Shown here: positions 37,673 through 45,900 of the stretch, one piece after another
Layout: each line of letters starts with the position of its first letter
How positions within the stretch are numbered: the stretch's first letter is position 1
From: Myxococcota bacterium
GTDB taxonomy: Bacteria; Myxococcota_A; UBA9160; UBA6930
DNA length: 64,000 bases
Reading direction: 5' to 3'
NCBI GenBank assembly: GCA_965223415.1
Contig: OZ245002.1
Span: 2,816,001-2,880,000, forward strand
Notes under the pieces: model-generated
Seen by the model: the letters and a program-made list of their open reading frames with translations, nothing else
Told to the model about the DNA's origin: nothing
The model's database searches: none
Program-made: the position numbers and the translations under genes

Positions 37673-38634
37673 GGATGGCGCTCGCCCTCGGGCTGGGTGC
37701 GCCAGCGGCGGTGGATCCAGATCCAGTGGTCCGGCGCCTCGCGAATGGCGTCCTCGATCGCGCGGGTCATGCGCAGGGCGTTCTCGCGCAGGGCCGCCTC
37801 CCGGTCGTCGCTCTCGGGCACCAGCTCGATCGGCGGGCCGAATCGCGCAACGTGGTGGACGCCGTCGGGCTGGCGGAAGAGGAAGACGGGAACGACCGGA
37901 GAGCCCGTACGCATGGCGATGCGCGGCGGACCGTCGCGGGTGCAGGCCAGGCGGCCGAAGAAGGGGACGAAGACGCCCTCCCGGCGGCGGCAGTTCTGGT
38001 CGTAGGGCATGGCGAGCACCCAGCCGCGCTTCAGGCCGGCCAGGGCCGCGCGGGCCGCGTTGCCCCGGGCCAGGAGCTCGGCGCCTGCGGCGCCACGCAT
38101 GCGGCCCAGCAGACCGTCGAGAATCGGGTTGTCGCGGGGGCGGTGGACCACCGCCGCGGGAACGCCCCGGGCGACCATCGCGGCAGCCAGCACCTCCCAG
38201 GAGCCGAAGTGCCCGGTGAGGATCACGACACCCCCGCTGGCCGACGCCCTGCGCGCGGCCTCCAGGTGCTCGAAGCCCTCCACGGCGATGCGCTCCCGCA
38301 GCTGCTCCGGGGTCATCAGGCCGAGGCGGGCGAACTCGGCCAGGCCGCGGCCCAGGTTCGCGAAGGAGCGCACCATCACCGCGCGGCGACGCTCGTCGCT
38401 CCAATCGGGGAAGGCGATGCGTAGGTTGGTGAGGGCATCGCCGGTGCGCGGGCCGCGCAGCCGCGCGTAGGCCGCACCGAGGCCCGAGCCGATCGCGAGG
38501 GCTCTGCTCTCGGGCATCAGGCGCAGCAACGCGAGGAACAGCTTCACCAACCCGCCGGCCAGGCGATCCGGAAGGCCGGGGCGGCCGTCTCCCGGATCGG
38601 GGCGCGTATGGCGCCCCTCGCCGGCTGGGCTCAC
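37666..38634 (-). CDS. Lipid A lauroyl/myristoyl acyltransferase (LpxL/HtrB) family
   Basis: NLRIAFP, TGHFGSWE, DQ..VPFFG, PDHWIWIHRRW; GTG start overlaps the upstream stop. Confidence 0.88.
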   Translation of the reverse strand: MSPAGEGRHTRPDPGDGRPGLPDRLAGGLVKLFLALLRLMPESRALAIGSGLGAAYARLRGPRTGDALTNLRIAFPDWSDERRRAVMVRSFANLGRGLAEFARLGLMTPEQLRERIAVEGFEHLEAARRASASGGVVILTGHFGSWEVLAAAMVARGVPAAVVHRPRDNPILDGLLGRMRGAAGAELLARGNAARAALAGLKRGWVLAMPYDQNCRRREGVFVPFFGRLACTRDGPPRIAMRTGSPVVPVFLFRQPDGVHHVARFGPPIELVPESDDREAALRENALRMTRAIEDAIREAPDHWIWIHRRWRTQPEGERHPY

Positions 38635-39212
38635 AGCGCCTCCAGCCAGCCGTTCTCCACGTCCTCGAGCTCGGCCCACACCTCGCGGTCGATGGCGCGG
38701 AAGCGATCGAGGGCCTCGTCGAAGCGGTCCGGCGCGCCCTGGGCGGCGGCGATCTCCCGGGCCTTCTGGCGCACCCAGTCGATGTGCCAGCCCTCGTCCT
38801 TGGTGACCGAGCGGAGGACCTCGAGGGTGCGCTCAGGAACCAGGTCGCGCTTCAGGTGCTCCTGGTAGCGCTTCAGGGCGCGCTGCTCGACCACCACGGT
38901 GAGGGCGAGCAGGTCGACCGGATGCCGCGGCACGCCGGCGCGCTTGCCGATGCGTACCTGGTAGCCGTCGGTGATGGGAACCGGCGCCCGGCCCAGCTCC
39001 TTGATGCGCTCGGTCCACAGCCAGGCGTGACGGGTCTCGTCGGCCAGGTGCTCCGAGAGCAGCATCTGGGACTCGTCGTCCTTCAGGATGCGCATCAAGC
39101 GGTAGATCAGGTTGGAGCCGCGCAGCTCCGCGTCCCGGTAGTAGGAGTAGACGAGGACCTCCATGTCCACGGGGTCCTGGGGCGCCTCGGGAGTCTCGAT
39201 CGATGCCGCCAT
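38631..39212 (-). CDS. Ferritin-like diiron domain protein
   Basis: E..(DAEL), DETRH, VVE, DEGWH diiron carboxylate pattern. Confidence 0.8.
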   Translation of the reverse strand: MAASIETPEAPQDPVDMEVLVYSYYRDAELRGSNLIYRLMRILKDDESQMLLSEHLADETRHAWLWTERIKELGRAPVPITDGYQVRIGKRAGVPRHPVDLLALTVVVEQRALKRYQEHLKRDLVPERTLEVLRSVTKDEGWHIDWVRQKAREIAAAQGAPDRFDEALDRFRAIDREVWAELEDVENGWLEAL

Positions 39213-39332
39213 GGTTGTCGCCTGCCTCGTGTGCCGGTCGTTCCCGTCGGGCCCTGGGGGATGCCGGCCGGCCCCGGCGTGGCAGGACGATAGCCGGCGC
39301 CGGAACACCAGTCGAAGGTCGATGAGGTGTTT

Positions 39333-39779
39333 TCACATCGATAAGAAGCGCTCCATCACGACATGAGGTCCCAGGTCCGGAAGCTCGAACTCCTCGCTCA
39401 CGACGTCGAAGCCGTGACGGGCGTAGAAGCCGGCTGCCGAGCTTCGGGCGTTGCACCAGACCCGCTCGCCGCCGGCCCGGACCATGCGCCGGATCGCCTC
39501 CACCAGGAGCCGGGTGCCGAGTCCGGTGCCGCGGAGGTCCGGGTGGGTGGCCATGCCGCGCAGCCGATAGGCGCGGCCTTCGCCGGGGCCGCCCTCCCGC
39601 CCCTCGAGGGAGAGGGAGATCGTGCCGACCAGCCGTTCCCCCTCGTAGGCGGCGAGGTGGAAGCTCCCCGCCGCGTCGTCGCCGGGGTAGACGAGCTCCT
39701 CAGGCGACTGGTGCGGGCGCAGCACCTGTTGGCGAAGCGGGCGGGTGGCCGCTGCGGCCACGGCGCGGATCTCGGTCAC
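39333..39779 (-). CDS. GNAT N-acetyltransferase
   Basis: LRQQVLRP, LRGMATHPDLRGTGLG, WCNAR, FY...GF. Confidence 0.9.
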   Translation of the reverse strand: MTEIRAVAAAATRPLRQQVLRPHQSPEELVYPGDDAAGSFHLAAYEGERLVGTISLSLEGREGGPGEGRAYRLRGMATHPDLRGTGLGTRLLVEAIRRMVRAGGERVWCNARSSAAGFYARHGFDVVSEEFELPDLGPHVVMERFLSM

Positions 39780-40144
39780 TCGCGCTCGCGCCGGATCCTG
39801 ACGCCCGCGTGCTCGAGCACGCCGGCGATCGGCGAGGGCTTGCGGACGGTGATCGTCACCGCGTCCACGCCGAACTTCGCGAGCACCGCATCGGCGATCC
39901 GCTGGCCCAGAGCCTCGACCAGCTTGTGCTCCTGGTTGGAGGCGACGTCCGCGGCGATCTCGAAGATGCGCTTGTAGTGGATGGTCTGCTGGATGCGATC
40001 GCTGGCGCCGGCGGCGCGCAGATCCGTCTCGACCTCGATGTCCAGGCGCACGGGCCGGCGCATCCTGCGCTCGGCGGCGGTGACACCGAGGGCGGCGGGC
40101 ACCTGGATGCCCTCCAGCAGGATGGTGTCGCGGTGGTCGGCCAT
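39776..40144 (-). CDS. folB: Dihydroneopterin aldolase
   Basis: DTILLEGI...GV..AER..., DRI..TIHY, KLVEAL, VRKP. Confidence 0.85.
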   Translation of the reverse strand: MADHRDTILLEGIQVPAALGVTAAERRMRRPVRLDIEVETDLRAAGASDRIQQTIHYKRIFEIAADVASNQEHKLVEALGQRIADAVLAKFGVDAVTITVRKPSPIAGVLEHAGVRIRRERE

Positions 40145-40187
40145 GGGGGGTAAACATACCTCCTTTCCCTGGCCCCAGGAGCACCCC

Positions 40188-41372
40188 ATGAGCTTCGACG
40201 AGATCCAGCGGCGAGAGGCGCGCCACTTCCTCCCCGTCGTGAACCGCATGCCGGTCGCGCTGGTGGAAGGCCGCGGCTCCCGCGTGGTGGACGTGGAGGG
40301 CCGGGAGTACGTCGACCTCACGGCGGGCTGGGGCGTGTGCTCGATCGGCCACTGCCACCCGGCCCTCGTGGAGGCGATAAGCGAGCAGGCGGGGCGGCTG
40401 ATGCAGACGACGAACCTGTTCTACACCCTGCCCCAGCTCGACGCCGCCGAGACCCTGGCGGCGGTCTCCCCGGACGAGCTCACGCGGGTCTTCTTCGTGA
40501 ACTCGGGCACCGAGGCGGTGGAGGGCGCCCTCAAGCTCGCCCACCGGGCGACCGGGCGCAGCCACTTCGTCTCCACCGCCCAGTCGTTCCACGGCCGCAC
40601 CCTGGGCGCGCTCTCGGTGATCGGCCAGGCGAAGCACCGGGATCCCTACCGGGACCTGCTGCCCGAACCGGTCGTCGTGCCCTTCGGCGACGCCGACGCG
40701 GCCGTCGCCGCCATCGACGAGCAGACCGCGGCGGTGATCGTCGAGCCAGTGCAGGGCGAGGGCGGCGTGAACGTCGCGCCCGAGGGCTACCTGACGCGGC
40801 TGCGCGAGCGCTGCACCGAGACCGGCGCGCTGCTGATCCTCGACGAGGTGCAGACGGGCATCGGCCGCACGGGCAAGATGCTCGCCCTCGAGCACGACGG
40901 CGTCGTGCCCGACGTGCTCACCCTCGGCAAGGGCCTGGGCGGCGGCTTCCCCGTCGCCGCGTTCCTGTGCAGCGAGGGCGTGGCCGAGACGGTGACCCCC
41001 GGCGACCACGGCGGCACCTACATCGGGAGCCCGCTGGCGACGGCGGCGGTGAACGCGGTGCTAAAGGTGGTGCAGGAGGACAAGCTCGTGCAGCGCTCCG
41101 CGGAGGTGGGGGAGAAGCTGGCGGCACGGCTGCGCGCCTACGCCGAGGCGAATCCGGACAAGGCGGAAGGCGAACGGGGCCGGGGACTGCTGCGCGGCCT
41201 CGTGCTGCGCGACGCCGAGGCCGCCGCGACGATCCCGCGTCGCGCCCTCGAGAAGGGCATCCTCGTGAACGTCACCGCCGGCAACGTGATGCGCTTCTTC
41301 CCGGCGCTGAACGTCCCGGAGGACGATCTCTTCGACTCGGTGGAGACGCTGCTCGGGCTGGTGGACGCGTGA
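40188..41372 (+). CDS. argD: Acetylornithine aminotransferase (class III PLP)
   Basis: FFVNSGTEAVE, SFHGRT, EPVQGEGG, DEVQTGIGRTG, LGKGLGGG, DHGGT; AGGAG SD. Confidence 0.82.
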   Translation: MSFDEIQRREARHFLPVVNRMPVALVEGRGSRVVDVEGREYVDLTAGWGVCSIGHCHPALVEAISEQAGRLMQTTNLFYTLPQLDAAETLAAVSPDELTRVFFVNSGTEAVEGALKLAHRATGRSHFVSTAQSFHGRTLGALSVIGQAKHRDPYRDLLPEPVVVPFGDADAAVAAIDEQTAAVIVEPVQGEGGVNVAPEGYLTRLRERCTETGALLILDEVQTGIGRTGKMLALEHDGVVPDVLTLGKGLGGGFPVAAFLCSEGVAETVTPGDHGGTYIGSPLATAAVNAVLKVVQEDKLVQRSAEVGEKLAARLRAYAEANPDKAEGERGRGLLRGLVLRDAEAAATIPRRALEKGILVNVTAGNVMRFFPALNVPEDDLFDSVETLLGLVDA

Positions 41373-42106
41373 AGCGCTTCCTGATCGGGCTCTCCGTCAC
41401 GGTCAACCTGCTGGTGCTGGCCGGTGCGATCTGGGTCGCGACGGGCGCGCCCCTGCGCGCCGCGGTCCGCGCCTTCGTCCAGCCCGCCCACGACCGCTGG
41501 GTGAGCCAGTTCGCCGTGCTCCCCGTGCAGCCCGGCGACGTCGTCTTCCTCGGCGACTCCATCACAGAGGGCGGCGCCTGGGAGGAGCTCTTTCCGGACG
41601 TCCCCGTCCGCAACCGCGGCATCGGAGGCGACCGCACGCCGGGCGCGCTCGAGCGCCTCGATCAGGTGACGAAGGGCCAGCCGGCCAAGGTCTTCCTGAA
41701 GATCGGCACGAACGACCTCTTCGTCGGCACGCCGGAGGAGGAGATCGCCGCCAACATCGGAACGATCCTCGAGCGCATCGCCAGCGAGTCCCCCGAAACG
41801 AGGGCCTACGTCCAGAGCGTGCTCCCCCGCCAGGCCGAGTGGCGCGAGGCCGTCGAGTCCCTGAACCGCCGCCTCGAAGCCGTCGCCGGCGAGCACGGCG
41901 CCACCTGGGTCGACCTCTACCCCCTCTTCCTCGACCCCGACGACGGCTCGATCCGGGACGACCTCGCCAACGACGAGCTGCACCTGCTGGGCAAGGGCTA
42001 CCTGGTCTGGCGCGACCACATCGACGAGTTGGTCACGAAACGGGGCGAGTTAAGAAGCGGGGCCAGAGTTAAGAATTCAGTTCCCCTTGGGGAACTGAAT
42101 TCTTAA
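41369..42106 (+). CDS. GDSL/SGNH lipase-esterase
   Basis: GDSIT, NRGIGGD, IGTND, DELH; C-terminus runs into the palindromic repeat. Confidence 0.88.
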   Translation: MKRFLIGLSVTVNLLVLAGAIWVATGAPLRAAVRAFVQPAHDRWVSQFAVLPVQPGDVVFLGDSITEGGAWEELFPDVPVRNRGIGGDRTPGALERLDQVTKGQPAKVFLKIGTNDLFVGTPEEEIAANIGTILERIASESPETRAYVQSVLPRQAEWREAVESLNRRLEAVAGEHGATWVDLYPLFLDPDDGSIRDDLANDELHLLGKGYLVWRDHIDELVTKRGELRSGARVKNSVPLGELNS

Positions 42107-42129
42107 CTCTGGCCCCGCTTCTTAACTCG
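42046..42129. repeat. Perfect 41-bp inverted repeat (REP-like palindrome, copy 2)
   Basis: CGAGTTAAGAAGCGGGGCCAGAGTTAAGAATTCAGTTCCCC-tt-reverse complement; shares its core with 9112-9178. Confidence 0.9.
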
Positions 42130-42955
42130 GTGGGGTCTCGTGCTTGCCGAGGGTCAGGACTTCGGGGCCGTCCTCGGTCACGAGGATGGTGTGCTCCCAC
42201 TGAGCGGAGAGCTTCCCGTCGACGGTGACAGCGGTCCAACCGTCGTCCAGGACCTCGGTCTTCCAGTGGCCCAGGTTGATCATCGGTTCGATCGTGAAGG
42301 TCATGCCGGCGCGCAGGCGGGGGCCGCTGCCGGGGGTGCCGTAGTGGAGCACCGAGGGCGGGCCGTGGAAGTGGCGGCCGATGCCGTGGCCGGTGAACTC
42401 GCGGACCACCTGGTAGCCCTGGGCCTCGGCGAAGCTCTGGATGGCGTGACCGATGTCGCCGACGTAGCTGCCGTCCTTCACGCTGCGGATGCCGAGCCAC
42501 ATGGAGTGCCAGGTGTCCTTCACGAGCTGGCGGGCCACGGGCGAGACGTCACCGATCAGGAAGGTGCGGGAGGAATCGCCGTGCCAGCCCTCCAGCCTGG
42601 GCGTGACGTCGACGTTGACGATATCGCCTTCGCGCAGCACCCGACCCTCGTCCGGGATGCCGTGGCACACCACGTCGTTGACCGAGGTGCAGCAGTGGCC
42701 GGGGAAGGGCGGCGTGCCGTGGTTCACGTACTGGTAGGGCGCGCTGACGGCGCCTGCGGAGCGGGTCATCTCGTCCACGGCGCGGTCGACGGCGGCGGTG
42801 GTGACGCCGGGGCCGATCATGTCCGCTACCGCGTCCAGGATCTCGCTGGCCAGGCGGCCGGCGGCCCGCATACCGCCCGCCTCCTCCGGCGAGAGGAGCG
42901 GCGAGATCGACTTCGGGCGTCCGCTCTGCCGACTCTTCTTCTTGTTCTTCTTCAT
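42122..42955 (-). CDS. map: Methionine aminopeptidase type I
   Basis: CTSVNDVVCHGIP, GDIVNVD, HGD.SRT, FTGHGIG, FTIEPM, SAQWEHT. Confidence 0.95.
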   Translation of the reverse strand: MKKNKKKSRQSGRPKSISPLLSPEEAGGMRAAGRLASEILDAVADMIGPGVTTAAVDRAVDEMTRSAGAVSAPYQYVNHGTPPFPGHCCTSVNDVVCHGIPDEGRVLREGDIVNVDVTPRLEGWHGDSSRTFLIGDVSPVARQLVKDTWHSMWLGIRSVKDGSYVGDIGHAIQSFAEAQGYQVVREFTGHGIGRHFHGPPSVLHYGTPGSGPRLRAGMTFTIEPMINLGHWKTEVLDDGWTAVTVDGKLSAQWEHTILVTEDGPEVLTLGKHETPPS

Positions 42956-42981
42956 CCGCACGAGACCCAGGAGGATATCGG

Positions 42982-45900
42982 CTACACGGCGCCGTCGCTC
43001 AACTCCTCCCGGAGGAGCCCGATCAGGTAGGGCCGCATGCGGGAGGGCTCGACGATCTCCTCCAGGGAGCCCACCTCGAGGGCGCGCTGCACAGAGTGGA
43101 TCTCGTCGAACTCCTGGGCCAGCTCGGCCTGCTTCTCGAGGGTGACGTCGGCCAGCACCTGCTCGTAGGCGGCCCGCCCGTTCTCTCGGCCCCGCGGGCG
43201 CGCGGCAAGCACCCGCTCGTCGGCGGCGGCCCGGGCCCGCACCTCCCGGGGGAACACCACCGCCGCGGCGGGCCCGCCGCCGATCACCGAGGCGTAGGAG
43301 CCGGAGAGGGCGGCGGCCCGCAGGCGCGGGTTCAGCTCGCGGGAGAACACCACGTAGGCGCCGCCGTGATAGCGGGACACGACGAGGAAGAGGATCGGCC
43401 CGTCGAAGTTCACGACGGCGCGCGCGATCTCGGCGCCGTACTCGAGCTGGAGCTTGCGCATCGATTCCGGCGAGCCGTCGAAGCCCGAGAGGTTGGCGAG
43501 GATCACCGCCGGCCGGTTGCCGCTGGCCGCGTTGAGCGCCCGTGCCACCTTCTTGGACGAGAGGGGGAAGAGCGTCCCGCCGGTCCAGGCGTTCGGCCCG
43601 TCCGCCGGGTGGTAGCCTTCTCGCGCCATGCTCTGGCTCTCGATGCCGATCAGCGTGACCGGCGTGCCGCCCAGGTGCGCGTCCCACACGATCGCCATCT
43701 CGGCGCCGACCCAGCCGCGCCAGCGCTCGAGCTGGCCGCCGTCCCGGTCGACCACCGCCTCCATCAGCGGGCGCATCGGGAAGGGGCGCTTGCGGCCCGG
43801 GTTGGTGGCGTCGTCGAAGATCTCTCCGACGCTCGCGAACCCGCCACTCGCCGGATCGAGCGTGACGTCCCGCGCGTCGGTGTCTGTCGTCTCCAGCGGG
43901 CGCGGACGCGCCTCCCCGGGCACGATGTAGCTGTAGCGGTAGTGGTCGTAGAGGATGCGGTAGGCGTCGCCCAGATCGTTGGCGAAGTACTGGGCCTCGC
44001 CGTTGGGGCCCATGATGCGCTCGAAGCCGCCGATCGCCGCCTCGTCCTCGGCGGAGACGGCGCCGGACGCCTCCAGCGCCGCGCGACCGGTGAGCACCAT
44101 CGAGGCGCCCTGGGTCATGATCAGCACGCCCTTGGTGTGCATCAGCATCGTCGCGAGGGAGTCCCAGTAGCTCTGGGCGCCCACGTTCACGCCGGCGACG
44201 ATCACGTGGATCGTGCCGCCGGCTTGGGTGAAGCGGATGATGCGCCGCACCACGCGGGCGGTGGCGTCCAGGTTCTCGGTGCCGCTGTCCATGGCGATGC
44301 GGGCGCCGCTCGAAACCGGGATCCACTCTACGGGGACGCGCAGCTCACAGGCCAGGTCGATGGCCGCCTCGATCCGGGCACACTCGGCGTCGGCCAGGGA
44401 GCCCATGCCCTGGGTGGGATCCGAGAGCACGACCACGCGCTTCATGCCCTCGGGCACCTTCTCGGTGGGCGTCGTCATCACGCCGAACACCACCGAGCAC
44501 TCGTTGCGCCCGTAGGGACGGCCGGAGCAGGGGAGTGCCCGGGGCGCCTCCGCCTGGGGGTCCAGGTCGTACTCGACGAAGCTCCCGGCCGGCAGCCGCG
44601 TGTCCGGATCGCTGCCGTCGCCCTGGCTGCCGGACAGCATGCGGATGATCTCGTAGGGGTAGACGAGTCGGCGGCGGCGGGCCTCGACGACGCGCCGCTC
44701 GTACTCGCTGCGCGGAGAGAGTGCGCCCTCCCGCGGCTTTCGCCACTGGATCGTCATGTTGGCGCCGGTGATGTCGGAGATGACGATCTCGGTCGGTCGC
44801 GAGGGCGCCTCCGGTGCTGCGCGATCCAGGAGCCGCAGGCGCACCACGACCTTCTCGAGCCCGAGGTTGCGGGTGGCCGGCGCGAGCCTGCGGGAGAGCC
44901 GCTCGGCGATCTCGGGATCGAGGAAGACCTCCGGCGCCACGTACACCTGGATGCGGTTCCACTGCAGCCGGCGCTTGGGATCGCGATCGGCGAGCATGCC
45001 GCGGAGCGAGCGCGTCGCCTCGAAGAAGGTGTGCTCGAAGGCGGCCACGTGCAGCGCCGCTTCGCGGCGATCGTCCGGCGAGCGGCTGCGCATGTCGGCC
45101 AGCACGAGGAGCCGCTCGTCGCCCTCCACCTCGCGGCTTCGCCCGTGGAAGCAGTAGACATCCTCGGGGCCCGGCACCCGCTCCAGCTCGAAGTTCCCCA
45201 GCCGGTCGAGATCGATGCGCGCCGCCGCCTCGGGATGGATGCCCAGGTAGGAATCGTCGGCGCGGAAGCCCGTCGGCGTCGGCGCCCAGGTGCGGTGCAG
45301 CGGCGCGCCCTCGCCGCGGATGCCGCTCAGCGTGAGCCGGCCGGCGGGAAGACCGTGACCCAGCACGTCCTCCGCTGCGCGGCCCACCTCCTCGAAAACC
45401 TCTTCCTCGTCGCCACCGGCGAGGGGCACGAAGAGCTCGATCGCGTACACGGCGGGCCACTCGTGGCTGTCCCGCGCAGCGGACGCAGCCTTGACGAGCT
45501 CGCTGGCGATTTCGCCAGTGCGCTCGGGCAGGGCAGTGCCCGCCAGCACGACGCGGCCGCCGGGGAACTCGACGCGCTCCACCCAGTGATCCGCGGCCCG
45601 CTGCGATGCCTGGGCCAGCGGCGAGGCGGGCGAGTAGACCCGACGCAGGTGGCTCGCCAGGGCGATCGAGCGGCGGCGCGGGTCGGGATCGCCGAGCCAC
45701 CGGCCGACCCGGTCGAAGACGGCGCGGGGCGCGTCGGCCAGGTGGAAGAGCACCTCCTCCGGCGGCGCAGTCGGGGCCGACTCGGCCGCCTCGAGCCAGG
45801 CCGTCACCTCCTTGGTGGTGCTCTCGGCCAGACGCTCGATCTCCGGGCGCTCGAAGATCTGGTAGCGGGCGAGGGTCGCGGCGTCGGCCACGGCGTGGGA

